From Candidatus Pacebacteria bacterium RIFOXYA1_FULL_38_18 (GTDB lineage: Bacteria > Patescibacteriota > Microgenomatia > UBA1400 > PJMF01), in assembly GCA_001787405.1 (NCBI GenBank), contig MFWV01000003.1, positions 790-64,789 of the forward strand: a stretch of 64,000 bases of DNA, written 5' to 3'. Shown one piece after another: positions 21,415-30,616 of the stretch (its first letter is position 1; each line of letters begins with the position of its first letter). The notes beneath the pieces are model-generated. The model had not been told where the DNA came from. It did no database searches and saw nothing but the letters and a program-made list of their open reading frames with translations. Made by a program: the position numbers and the translations under genes.

Positions 21415-22707
21415 ATGATGCTATTTAAACGCTCATTGCAAAAAATTAAAGCCATTTTTCAAACCGAAGAATTACGTCGGAAGATTATTTTTACAGGTTT
21501 AATTTTTTTGGCGTTTAGACTGATGGCTCACATCCCAGTGCCGGGAGTCAATGTGGCTGCTCTGCAAGCAATTTTTGCTGATAATCAATTCTTAAGTTTA
21601 CTGAATGTTTTTGCCGGTGGTACTTTGGCCAATTTTTCTCTGGTAGCCGTGGGTATCAATCCTTATATTACCGCCTCCATTATTATGCAGTTGGCAGGCA
21701 TGGTTTTACCAAACATTAAGGAAATGCAAAAAGAGGGTGAAGCTGGTAAGGCCAAACTCAATCAATACACTAGATTTTTGACAGTGCCTTTTGCTATTGC
21801 CCAAAGCATTTCTATTATTGCTCTACTCAATTCTCAAAGTTTATTGGTGGCTGATCGATTGATAGTGATTGTCGCTATGGTTCTAACTATGGTGGCTGGC
21901 GCGATGATTATGCTGTGGTTGGGGGAGTTAGTGTCTGAGTATGGAGTGGGCAATGGTATTTCAATGGTGCTGTTTGCTGGTATAGTCAGTCAATTACCAA
22001 TGGCTGTTGGTCAAATATCTCAATTAATCAGTTCTCAACAATTTTTCACTTTCTTTTTATTTTTATTGGGTATTTTTATCTTGATTGGCTTGATTGTGTT
22101 TATCAATCAAGCAGTAAGAAAAGTGCCGATTCAATATGCCAAACGGATTCGTGGTGGAAAAACTTATGGCGGCCAACAAACTCACTTGCCCATCAAAGTT
22201 AATGTGGCCGGAGTAATGCCGATTATTTTTGCCGTATCCATTATGTTGGCCCCTTCGTTTGTTGGCCGCATCATGACAGCTTCCAGCAAGCCAGGACTGG
22301 TTGCTTGGGGACAAAGATTGACTATTTGGTTTGAACAAACATCACCGATTTATTTAATTACCTATTTTTTATTGGTTTTTAGCTTCACCTTTTTTTCAGC
22401 TCTGATTTTCTTTAATGCTGAAGATATCTCTGGAGAACTAAAGAAAAGTGGAGCATTTGTGCCAGGCATCAGGCCGGGTGGTTCTACCAAAAAGTTTTTG
22501 GAGTACGTAGTAGTGAGAATTACTTTGGTAGGAGCTATCTTTTTGAGCATTTTGGCTATTTTGCCTTCGATTGCTCAGATTTTGACTGGTATTGGTTCAT
22601 TAGCTATTGGAGGAACCAGTATCTTGATTGTGGTTTCGGTTGTTTTGGAAACGAATAAACAGATAGAAAGTATGCTCGTAGGACAGGACTACGACAAATA
22701 TCAATAA
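21415..22707 (+). CDS. secY: Preprotein translocase subunit SecY
   Basis: 430 aa with ten predicted TM segments and SecY conserved blocks, in spc-operon position. Confidence 0.95.
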   Translation: MMLFKRSLQKIKAIFQTEELRRKIIFTGLIFLAFRLMAHIPVPGVNVAALQAIFADNQFLSLLNVFAGGTLANFSLVAVGINPYITASIIMQLAGMVLPNIKEMQKEGEAGKAKLNQYTRFLTVPFAIAQSISIIALLNSQSLLVADRLIVIVAMVLTMVAGAMIMLWLGELVSEYGVGNGISMVLFAGIVSQLPMAVGQISQLISSQQFFTFFLFLLGIFILIGLIVFINQAVRKVPIQYAKRIRGGKTYGGQQTHLPIKVNVAGVMPIIFAVSIMLAPSFVGRIMTASSKPGLVAWGQRLTIWFEQTSPIYLITYFLLVFSFTFFSALIFFNAEDISGELKKSGAFVPGIRPGGSTKKFLEYVVVRITLVGAIFLSILAILPSIAQILTGIGSLAIGGTSILIVVSVVLETNKQIESMLVGQDYDKYQ

Positions 22708-22732
22708 ATATAAATAAAGGGAGGAACTATAA

Positions 22733-23290
22733 ATGAAAATAGTTTTGGTTGGTATTCAAGGAGCAGGTAAATCTACTCAAGGCAATATGATGTCTGAAGC
22801 TTTGGATATTCCTTATCTTTCTTCAGGGCATATTTTCCGAGAAATGACCAAAGAAAAAACCAAACTAGGTCGTTGGCTCAAAGAAACCTTAAACTCAGGA
22901 GCATTGGTACCAGACGACACAGCTGTGGAAGTGGTGACAGAATATTTGGCCAAACCAGAATATAAAAATGGTTATATTTTGGATGGTTTTCCTCGCACCA
23001 AAGCTCAGGCAGAAGTTCTAAATGGAGTGATTGATCTAGTATTTTTGATCGATGTTTCTGATAAAGAAGCTCTTTGGAGAATTTCTGGCCGTATTTCTGA
23101 TCGAGAAGATGAAACACTGCGGGCCATTCGTAAACGAATTGCCTTATTTCATGAGTTAACCTCTGATGTTTTGAATTATTATGATGAGGCTGGAAAATTG
23201 ATCAAAGTTGATGGTGAACAATCTATTGAAGAGGTTTTTGCAGAAATTATGAAGGCTGTAAAAAAGAAACAGAGCCAAGCGAATAAATAA
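22733..23290 (+). CDS. adk: Adenylate kinase (short, no Zn lid)
   Basis: P-loop GIQGAGKSTQ; DGFPRT motif; 185 aa. Confidence 0.9.
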   Translation: MKIVLVGIQGAGKSTQGNMMSEALDIPYLSSGHIFREMTKEKTKLGRWLKETLNSGALVPDDTAVEVVTEYLAKPEYKNGYILDGFPRTKAQAEVLNGVIDLVFLIDVSDKEALWRISGRISDREDETLRAIRKRIALFHELTSDVLNYYDEAGKLIKVDGEQSIEEVFAEIMKAVKKKQSQANK

Positions 23291-23368
23291 TCTTGGCTTA
23301 AAAAGCATCTTAGCTGGTGGGCAAACTTGATCATATCTGGTATAATTCCCCTCTATATTTGATAAGTT

Positions 23369-23698
23369 ATGGGAAAAGTACAAGATCACAAACGAGCAGC
23401 TAAGGTAAAGCGACAAGATAGTGCGCCTGAAAAAGCAGTCAAGACCGATCGCCTGGAAATTTCTGGGGAAATCGAGGAATGTCTGCCGAACACTATGTTT
23501 AGGGTGAGAATTACTGATTCGGTTTTAGAACCGATGGTGGGCAAGATATTATTGGGCACATTGGCTGGTAAAATGCGTCTTTATAGAATTAGGGTCATGC
23601 CCGGAGATGTAATTAAAGGCTATGTGTCTAAATATGATTTAACAAAATGTAAAATTACGTATCGAATCAATACGAGGTCGGTACAAGCAGAGGTTTAA
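23369..23698 (+). CDS. infA: Translation initiation factor IF-1 with about 35-aa N-terminal extension
   Basis: S1-like core (ECLPNTMFRVRI...GKMRLYRIRVMPGDVIKGYVSKYDLTKCKITYR). Confidence 0.85.
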   Translation: MGKVQDHKRAAKVKRQDSAPEKAVKTDRLEISGEIEECLPNTMFRVRITDSVLEPMVGKILLGTLAGKMRLYRIRVMPGDVIKGYVSKYDLTKCKITYRINTRSVQAEV

Positions 23699-23717
23699 AA
23701 ATACCTGATTGGAAAAA

Positions 23718-23831
23718 ATGAAAGTAAGAACTTCGCTGAAGAAGATGTGTAACCAGTGCAAATTTATTAGACGTAATGGAAAATTACGCATTATTTGTGT
23801 AAATAAAAAACATAAGCAAGTTCAAGGATAA
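23718..23831 (+). CDS. rpmJ: 50S ribosomal protein L36
   Basis: Manually translated to 37 aa ([37 protein letters not shown]), a Cys4 L36. It is absent from the ORF track because it is under 60 aa. Confidence 0.93.
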   Translation: MKVRTSLKKMCNQCKFIRRNGKLRIICVNKKHKQVQG

Positions 23832-23834
23832 AAT

Positions 23835-24230
23835 ATGCCACGGATTGCCGGAATAGACATACCAGAACAAAAAAAAGTACTCTTTGCTCTAAGATCTGTT
23901 TTTGGAGTGGGTTTAACTAGAGCCAATGAAATTGTTCAACAAGCCAAGATTGACCCCAAAAAACGCGCTCGTGACTTAACCCCAGACGAGATAAATAAAA
24001 TTCAGCGTTTATTGGAAGCTTATCCAGTGGAGGGTGATCTACGTCGCATTATTACTGATAATATAGCTCATCTAAAGAGAACCAAAACTTATCGAGGACT
24101 TCGCCACAGTTTGGGTTTACCAACTCGTGGTCAGCGCACTAGAGTCAATTCCAGAACTGTGCGTGGCGGTGGTCGAAAAACAGTTGGCTCAGTATCAAAA
24201 GAAGAATCAATCGAAACAGAAACCAAATAA
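23835..24230 (+). CDS. rpsM: 30S ribosomal protein S13
   Basis: MPRIAGIDIP start; S13. Confidence 0.96.
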   Translation: MPRIAGIDIPEQKKVLFALRSVFGVGLTRANEIVQQAKIDPKKRARDLTPDEINKIQRLLEAYPVEGDLRRIITDNIAHLKRTKTYRGLRHSLGLPTRGQRTRVNSRTVRGGGRKTVGSVSKEESIETETK

Positions 24231-24251
24231 TAATTTAAAAAACCTAAAGAT

Positions 24252-24644
24252 ATGGCACAAGCAGATAAATCTACCAAAACAAAAATCAGACGAACCATTC
24301 CCAAGGGCAGAATGTATGTGAGTGCGACCTTCAATAATACTTTGGTTAGTATTACTGACGATAAGGGTAACCTGGTTTGTTGGGCATCCACCGGAGCAGC
24401 TGGTTTTACTGGTTCCAGAAAATCTACTCCCTATGCAGCTACTATTACTGTGGAAAATGCAATTAACAAAGCTAAGGCTTTTGGCATGAATGAAATGGAT
24501 ATTTATTTAAAAGGTCCAGGACCAGGTAGAGATGTGGCTTTACGAGTAGTCAGAGCACAGAATATCAAGGTTGATATGATCGCTGACACAACTCCCATGC
24601 CTCACAACGGTACTAGACCCAGAAAAGCTAAACATAATCGCTAA
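24252..24644 (+). CDS. rpsK: 30S ribosomal protein S11
   Basis: S11 blocks (ATFNNTLVSITD...GFTGSRKSTPYAA). Confidence 0.96.
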   Translation: MAQADKSTKTKIRRTIPKGRMYVSATFNNTLVSITDDKGNLVCWASTGAAGFTGSRKSTPYAATITVENAINKAKAFGMNEMDIYLKGPGPGRDVALRVVRAQNIKVDMIADTTPMPHNGTRPRKAKHNR

Positions 24645-24667
24645 TAAAATTTAAAAAGAAAAAAATA

Positions 24668-25273
24668 ATGGCAAGACAAACCGGACCAAAACAACGACTG
24701 CAACGACAAATTGGGGAAGATTTGGGTTTAAAAACCAATGCTCTGAAGGTAGCTCGTAGAATTCATATTCGTCCTGGCCAGCATGGAATTAGACGTCACA
24801 AAGTATCTGATTACGGCGTTCAGCTTCGTGAAAAACAAAAAGTGAAGTATATTTATGGTGTCTTGGAGAGACAACTACATCGTTTGTACAGTCAGGCAAG
24901 CAAAGATCCTCTAGCTACTGGAGCAGCTCTTTTGAGTTTATTGGAACGAAGATTGGATAACACAATTTATCGTTTAGGTTGGGCTCCTACTAGGGCAGCT
25001 GCTAGACAAATGGTGACTCATGACCATATTTTGGTAAATGATTGCAGAATGAACGTGCCATCTTATTCAGTCAAAGTGAATGATGTGATTCGACTAAAAG
25101 ACAAAGCAACTAAAATTCCGGTAGTAGCCGAGCTTTTAAAGGCTGATGAAAAAATCGTACCGGAATGGTTGGATCGTAAAGTTTCTATAGCTAAAGTACA
25201 GAGATTTCCAGAGAGGGAAGACATAACGGAAATCATTGATGAACAGCTCATTGTTGAGTTTTATAGTAGATAA
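24668..25273 (+). CDS. rpsD: 30S ribosomal protein S4
   Basis: Starts MARQTGPK and carries an S4 domain. Confidence 0.95.
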   Translation: MARQTGPKQRLQRQIGEDLGLKTNALKVARRIHIRPGQHGIRRHKVSDYGVQLREKQKVKYIYGVLERQLHRLYSQASKDPLATGAALLSLLERRLDNTIYRLGWAPTRAAARQMVTHDHILVNDCRMNVPSYSVKVNDVIRLKDKATKIPVVAELLKADEKIVPEWLDRKVSIAKVQRFPEREDITEIIDEQLIVEFYSR

Positions 25274-25394
25274 AAAAATTTAAAGTAGTAAAAAGTATAA
25301 AGTAATTTAAAAAGTAGTAAAAAGTATAAAGATCAGCAATTCTCGATACAGATTCTCTGTCAAAAAGCAGAGGAGGAGAAACAAAGGAGGACAT

Positions 25395-26339
25395 ATGAAA
25401 CTTGATCTCAAAAAATATCCATACATGAACCCGTCTTTTACGGTTTCAGAAGTTGAAGCGACTGCTTCTCAGGCTCGTTTAGTAATTGAGCCTTTAGAGC
25501 AGGGCTACGGTCATACCTTGGGCAATGCTTTGCGCCGAGTATTATTGACTTCTTTACCAGGATCAGCAATTACTTCAGTTGCTATCAATGGAGTAGATCA
25601 TCAATTTACCACTCTGGAGGGTTTGAGCGAAGACATTGTAGAGTTCATTTTGAATATCAAACAAGTCAAGGTCAAAGCAGACCACGATGGGATGGGAATC
25701 TTGCGTTTAAATGTTCAAGGTCCTGCCAAAATCACTGCTGCTGATATCAAAGCCGAAGCTGGTTTTGAAATAATCAATGGCGATCAACCATTGGCTACGC
25801 TTGCTAAGGGTAAAAAATTAGAAGTAGAGATGACGGTAGAAACCGATACTGGTTATAAAATGGTAGCTGAAATGGAAACTGAGGTAATAGGCCAAATTGC
25901 CATAGATGCACTATTTTCACCAGTAGAAAAAGTTTCTTACAAAGTGGAATCCACTCGGGTAGGTCGTCGAACTGACTTTGATCGAATCGTGCTGGAAGTT
26001 CAGACAGATGGTACTATCACTCCTTTGGAGGCAGTCAAACAGGCCGCTCAAATTTTGGCTAAACAATTTACTCAAATATTTGATCCGGTCATTATTGAAA
26101 ACGAGGAAGAAGAGACTCAACTTTCACCTGAAGAAGCAGAAACTCTGCGTTTGACAGTGGAAGAACTTGATTTGCCTACCAGAATCGCCAACGCTTTACG
26201 CAAAGGTGGTTATAAAACTGTAGGTGATCTAATAAGTGCTCCCAAAGAGACTATTTCCAAGGTAAAGAACTTGGGTGGCAAGAGTGTAGATTTGATTAAT
26301 GAAGCCTTGCAAAAGAAGGGAGTTAGTCTAGAAGACTAA
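25395..26339 (+). CDS. rpoA: DNA-directed RNA polymerase subunit alpha
   Basis: 314 aa with alpha NTD blocks and a C-terminal HhH (DLPTRIANALRKGGYKTVGDL). Confidence 0.95.
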   Translation: MKLDLKKYPYMNPSFTVSEVEATASQARLVIEPLEQGYGHTLGNALRRVLLTSLPGSAITSVAINGVDHQFTTLEGLSEDIVEFILNIKQVKVKADHDGMGILRLNVQGPAKITAADIKAEAGFEIINGDQPLATLAKGKKLEVEMTVETDTGYKMVAEMETEVIGQIAIDALFSPVEKVSYKVESTRVGRRTDFDRIVLEVQTDGTITPLEAVKQAAQILAKQFTQIFDPVIIENEEEETQLSPEEAETLRLTVEELDLPTRIANALRKGGYKTVGDLISAPKETISKVKNLGGKSVDLINEALQKKGVSLED

Positions 26340-26356
26340 TCAATAAAAGGTAAGCC

Positions 26357-26884
26357 ATGCGACACAGAGTTAAAACTAAACAATTCAATCGAGACACCAA
26401 TCATCGCAAAATGCTAGTGCGTAACTTGGTGCGCTCATTGGTGGAGCATGGCGAAATCGTTACTACTGAAGCCAAAGCCAAAGAAACAAAGCGTTGGGCT
26501 GATAAATTAATCGGTAAAGCCCAAAAAAATACAGTGGCAACCAAACGACAACTGCATGCTTTTTTTGGTACCCGAGAAGTAGTTAATACTCTGGTAGATA
26601 AAATTGCTCCTTCAATGAAAAAGAGAGTCTCTGGTTTTAGTCGTATTGTTAAATTGGGTAAGAGACGCGGAGATAATACTGAATTGGTCAAACTTAGTTT
26701 GGTAGAAAAATCAGAAAAACTGGGCACGCTCAAAAGTGGAATTGATTACTCTTCACGTCAGACTAAAAAGAAAAAATCAGCTTCAGCTCAAAAAATTACT
26801 AAGCCCAAAAAACTTGCCCGAAAAGCTGTTGCCAAAAAATCAGTTACCAAAAAAACTACTAAAATCGCTAAAAAAAATAAATAA
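26357..26884 (+). CDS. rplQ: 50S ribosomal protein L17 with K-rich C-terminal extension
   Basis: MRHRVKTKQFNRDTNHRKMLVRNL start; L17. Confidence 0.93.
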   Translation: MRHRVKTKQFNRDTNHRKMLVRNLVRSLVEHGEIVTTEAKAKETKRWADKLIGKAQKNTVATKRQLHAFFGTREVVNTLVDKIAPSMKKRVSGFSRIVKLGKRRGDNTELVKLSLVEKSEKLGTLKSGIDYSSRQTKKKKSASAQKITKPKKLARKAVAKKSVTKKTTKIAKKNK

Positions 26885-26887
26885 ATC

Positions 26888-27319
26888 ATGAAAAAATCAC
26901 AAAAAACTTTTATGCAACGCAAAGAAGATGTCAACAGAGAATGGCACTTGGTTGATGTTGAAGGCAAGATTTTGGGTAGAATAGCAACCGAGATTGCAGA
27001 AAAACTCATCGGTAAAAATAAACCCACTTATACACCTCATACTGATGCTGGTGATTTTGTGGTGATTATTAATGCCAGAAAAGTGGCTCTGAGTCGCGGT
27101 AAAGAAGAAAAGAAAACCTATACTTGGCACACTGGTTTTCCCGGTGGAGTCAAAGAACGTAGTTTTCAAGAAATGATCAATAAACATCCAGAAAGAGTGA
27201 TTTTGCAAGCAGTCAAAAACATGCTCCCCAAAAATAAATTACAAGGTGAGAGATTGGCTCGTTTAAAGATTTATCCTGGAAAAGAACACAAACACGAAAG
27301 TCAGTTAGGAGGCAAATAG
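26888..27319 (+). CDS. rplM: 50S ribosomal protein L13
   Basis: L13-like (EWHLVDVEGKILGRIATEIAEKLIGKNKPTYTPHTD). Confidence 0.94.
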   Translation: MKKSQKTFMQRKEDVNREWHLVDVEGKILGRIATEIAEKLIGKNKPTYTPHTDAGDFVVIINARKVALSRGKEEKKTYTWHTGFPGGVKERSFQEMINKHPERVILQAVKNMLPKNKLQGERLARLKIYPGKEHKHESQLGGK

Positions 27320-27320
27320 T

Positions 27321-27839
27321 ATGGCAATGAAAATGCGCAAAAAACATCAGCAGTCTATAAAAAGAGTGGTAAAAAAACCAACTAGTTCAGTTGCGACTGC
27401 CAAACACGCACCTGAAGAAAAAAAGACTGAGTTCAAGATTCCTGCTGTCAAATACAATGAAGGTGTGGGTAGACGCAAAGTGGCCACTGCCAGAGTAAGA
27501 ATCTATGAGGGCGATGGAGATTTTGTAGTCAATGACGTATTGGTGAGTAAATATTTCCACAGCATTCCCAATGCAGTGGCTCTATATAACAAACCATTTG
27601 AGTTGACTGGCACCAAAGGCAAATTTGCCGTCACGGCTCGTGTTTCTGGTTCTGGGATTCGTTCTCAATTAGATGCTTTAGTTCATGGTATTGCCAGAGC
27701 TTTGGTAGCCAAAAATCTTGAGTTCAGAATCTTTTTGAAGGAAGCTGGATTACTCACTCGTGATGATCGCATGAAAGAAACTCGCAAGATCGGGATGGGT
27801 GGCAAGGCTCGTCGCAAACGCCAATCTCCCAAGCGGTAA
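27321..27839 (+). CDS. rpsI: 30S ribosomal protein S9 with N-terminal basic extension
   Basis: S9 C-terminus (GGKARRKRQSPKR) and core. Confidence 0.93.
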   Translation: MAMKMRKKHQQSIKRVVKKPTSSVATAKHAPEEKKTEFKIPAVKYNEGVGRRKVATARVRIYEGDGDFVVNDVLVSKYFHSIPNAVALYNKPFELTGTKGKFAVTARVSGSGIRSQLDALVHGIARALVAKNLEFRIFLKEAGLLTRDDRMKETRKIGMGGKARRKRQSPKR

Positions 27840-27869
27840 AATCTTTACCAATTTTTTGTTTGAATTTTT

Positions 27870-28151
27870 TTACCAAACCTCGCGTCGCAGGGGTTTGCCG
27901 GCTCTGAAGTTTACTACTCCATGACCTTTGACCAAAGTTCTTTGATCTTTTTTACCAAAAGGTTCAACGTGTTTGTCTTTGACTTTACCTACATAAAACG
28001 TACCGAAGCCAGAAACGACTACTTTTTCACCCTTTTTTTTGGTTAACACTCTAGTAATTTCTTCAAAAACAGTTTCTACTGCCTCAGTGGCTGCTTTTTT
28101 GGTGAGGTGTGATTTTTTGGCAACGATCGCAATAAGTTGTGATTTTGTCAT
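27870..28151 (-). CDS. hup: HU-family DNA-binding protein
   Basis: MTKSQLIAIVAKKSHLTKKAATEAVETVFEEI...GFGTFYV...FRAGKPLRREV. Start set at the ATG at 28151, which is preceded by AAGGAG; the track's longer ORF adds 31 unconserved residues. Confidence 0.9.
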   Translation of the reverse strand: MTKSQLIAIVAKKSHLTKKAATEAVETVFEEITRVLTKKKGEKVVVSGFGTFYVGKVKDKHVEPFGKKDQRTLVKGHGVVNFRAGKPLRREVW

Positions 28152-28230
28152 AAGCTCCTTTTTAATGGGTAAATATAAATTCAGTGTAGTAGATTGCGGT
28201 TGAGAGTCAAGCAGTAATTGGGTCAAGAAG

Positions 28231-28614
28231 TCAGATGTATCCAAATTTTCTCATCAAAACCAAATTGCAGCCCAGAAAATCAAAACCAATGTCTCTGAGT
28301 GTGCCAGTGCGCCCTGGTACGGTTGTTTGATGGAATTCGTCAAAAGTAGCATAGGCAATAGCTAAAACCAGTGGTAAGAGCCATCTGGCATTGTTTTTTA
28401 AGTTGGTGGTGGAATTAAAACTGTGTAATAAAAGTAAGTATAAAATACCATAAACAATGATGTGAGCAGATTTTTTGAAAAGAAAATCCCAAGTATTTAA
28501 ATATAAACTGGGTAAAACTCGTTGAGCAGATAAATAATAGATAAAAGTAGCCCAGATGATAGGTGGTAGAAAAGCCAGTATGACGCTAAAAGTTTTTTTG
28601 ACGATTTTTGACAT
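28231..28614 (-). CDS. VanZ-like membrane protein
   Basis: Four TM helices with the DEFHQ...RTGTLRDIGFDFLG motif typical of the VanZ family. Confidence 0.7.
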   Translation of the reverse strand: MSKIVKKTFSVILAFLPPIIWATFIYYLSAQRVLPSLYLNTWDFLFKKSAHIIVYGILYLLLLHSFNSTTNLKNNARWLLPLVLAIAYATFDEFHQTTVPGRTGTLRDIGFDFLGCNLVLMRKFGYI

Positions 28615-29443
28615 AAATCCAACCTGGAATGAGCAGGAATAAACTCCCCATTATAACACTCAGCGCTCCTTTCTCGAATGCCGGTGGTGCCAAAAAAGCT
28701 AGATTAACTTGAGCTAGATTTTCTTGAGAAAACCGAGGCTGATCATAACTCAATTTGGGATGAAGCACGGTGAGAGGATAGACAAAATCACTGGTTGCCC
28801 CCAAAACGTTGGCACGAGACATATCAATCTCAGTGTTTGAAATAGAAGTTTGAGATAGCTTGGCTGATTCGTTAATGGCTGGGCTGACAGTTTCTGTGGA
28901 GCTTGAATTGACATCAGTACTGATTGCCGAAGCAGAGGGGACTGGAGTCGGTGTGGGAGTGGGGGTAGGAATCAAATTAATTTCTGCTTTGGTTGGTATA
29001 GTTTCCCAAACTTCTGCCAAATCACTGGGATTTTTTGACCAGCTTTTTTCTTTGGTAGAACTGGGATATGCCAAACGATCAATTTCTTGACCAGTAGCAT
29101 CTTTCAAAATAACTGCATCTCCACTATTGTTGAGTTTGTTGTGCAGAGAAACAAGCAAAAAAGCCTGACCGGCTAATTTGTCTTCGGCAGTAAAACTGTG
29201 TATTTTACTGGGCAAAGAAAGTTCATCCCACAACTCAAAACCGCCCAAATCAATGGTTTGCTCACTCAGATTATAAAGTTCCACCCATTCATCTTCATCA
29301 GTATTGGAATTGGGATAGAGTTCATTGATAATTATTTGTGTTGATTGAGCCTGAACAGTACCAGTGCCCAATTGCCACCAACAATAAAAACCAATCAATA
29401 GATTGACCGACCATCGCCGTTTTGTCAAAGACTTTTTCACCAA
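28586..29443 (-). CDS. Secreted lamin-tail-domain (LTD) protein with TPTPTPTPVP linker and C-terminal TM anchor
   Basis: N-terminal signal/TM. The IINELYPNS...DEWVELYN...IDLGGFELWD...GDAVILKD stretch matches the LTD fold signature. A Pro/Thr repeat and a Ser-rich region follow, and the C-terminus is a hydrophobic helix plus KNRQKNF. Confidence 0.65.
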   Translation of the reverse strand: MVKKSLTKRRWSVNLLIGFYCWWQLGTGTVQAQSTQIIINELYPNSNTDEDEWVELYNLSEQTIDLGGFELWDELSLPSKIHSFTAEDKLAGQAFLLVSLHNKLNNSGDAVILKDATGQEIDRLAYPSSTKEKSWSKNPSDLAEVWETIPTKAEINLIPTPTPTPTPVPSASAISTDVNSSSTETVSPAINESAKLSQTSISNTEIDMSRANVLGATSDFVYPLTVLHPKLSYDQPRFSQENLAQVNLAFLAPPAFEKGALSVIMGSLFLLIPGWIYVKNRQKNF

Positions 29444-29540
29444 ATTATTTTCTCAGTTAAATCTGACAACAGCCTGACTGCATCATTTTCTCAATTGAAA
29501 TCAAGTTATAAAGAGGCAAATTCTAATTTAGAGTTCCAAT

Positions 29541-30338
29541 TTAGAGTTCCAATTTAGTTTTTTCTAATTTTTGCAAAGTAGTAAAGTGAGTTACTTCAAA
29601 AGCACAAGGAGTAATAGAGATGTAGCCTTGATTAATGGCGCCTATGTCGTAGTGCAAATTATCTTCCTGGATATTAAAACGACTATTTTCAAAAGAGAAT
29701 TGTTTTGTTTCATAATCCAGATCTATTTCAGTAAATATCTTATTGATATTTTTATCCATTTTAGTGAATTTAATTTTATTCGTTGGTTTGGCTGGAAAAT
29801 TGATGTTCAGAATGTCCACGCCCCACATTTTTTCAGCAAAGATTTTGTCAAATAATGGAGTCAGAATTTTGCCAAAATAAGCTTGATATAGTTCCAAGCT
29901 TTCATTTTCGTCATGATTTTTCAGCATGAGCTCACCAGGCACGTTCCAGCTCAAAGCAATGCCTTTTGGAGCCAATTGTCTTCCCATACCCCTCATCAAG
30001 CCTCCGTAAGTACCAGAGGAAACAATGGCTGCTCCTACATTAATACCCAAATTAATGCCGGAAAGAATTAAATCAAAAGGTTTTTTAAAATAAACTTGTG
30101 CGCATTCTGCGGCATCAGCTGGAGAGCCCTCTACCCAAATACCAGGTATTCCATCAACCTCAGTTTCGCCCCAATTACCACCAGTACTAAGAGAAAGTTT
30201 GCCTCCAACTCCAGATTGTTGATGTTTAGTAGCTGCAATATATAGTTTGTGTTTTTCTTTAAGCGCTGCAATCAACAAGCGAATACCAATGGAGTTATAA
30301 CCATCATCACCAGTGAGTAGAATGCGTTTTGCTTTCAT
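29541..30338 (-). CDS. surE: 5'/3'-nucleotidase SurE
   Basis: MKAKRILLTGDDGYNSIGIRLL...QSGVG motif set. Start placed at the Met preceding ILLTGDDG (ATG at 30338). Confidence 0.85.
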   Translation of the reverse strand: MKAKRILLTGDDGYNSIGIRLLIAALKEKHKLYIAATKHQQSGVGGKLSLSTGGNWGETEVDGIPGIWVEGSPADAAECAQVYFKKPFDLILSGINLGINVGAAIVSSGTYGGLMRGMGRQLAPKGIALSWNVPGELMLKNHDENESLELYQAYFGKILTPLFDKIFAEKMWGVDILNINFPAKPTNKIKFTKMDKNINKIFTEIDLDYETKQFSFENSRFNIQEDNLHYDIGAINQGYISITPCAFEVTHFTTLQKLEKTKLEL

Positions 30339-30616
30339 GAGAAATATATTATACCTGATTGTCTTAAAATTGACCTTTTTTCGACCTGAATCCGGTGGCA
30401 ATCAAAATCAAGTTTGTCCTTTCAGGGAAAGAAAAAGAATAAAATATTGATAATTTCTCATATTACAAGCTGTGAATAAACTCTAGAGAAAGAGGTGTTT
30501 TTCGTTTTAGAACTTGGATTCGAAACTTAGTTTAGAATAGAAAGCACGTCTCTTTCATCAATACTTTTTTTCTAAAAACAATTATCATAAACTATTAATA
30601 TATGAATTGGTAAAAT

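Noticed and set aside
27840-27870. Bidirectional terminator between convergent rpsI and hup
   Set aside because: Only 30 bp separates the stops, and no convincing stem plus U-tract is present. Termination signals probably lie within the coding ends.
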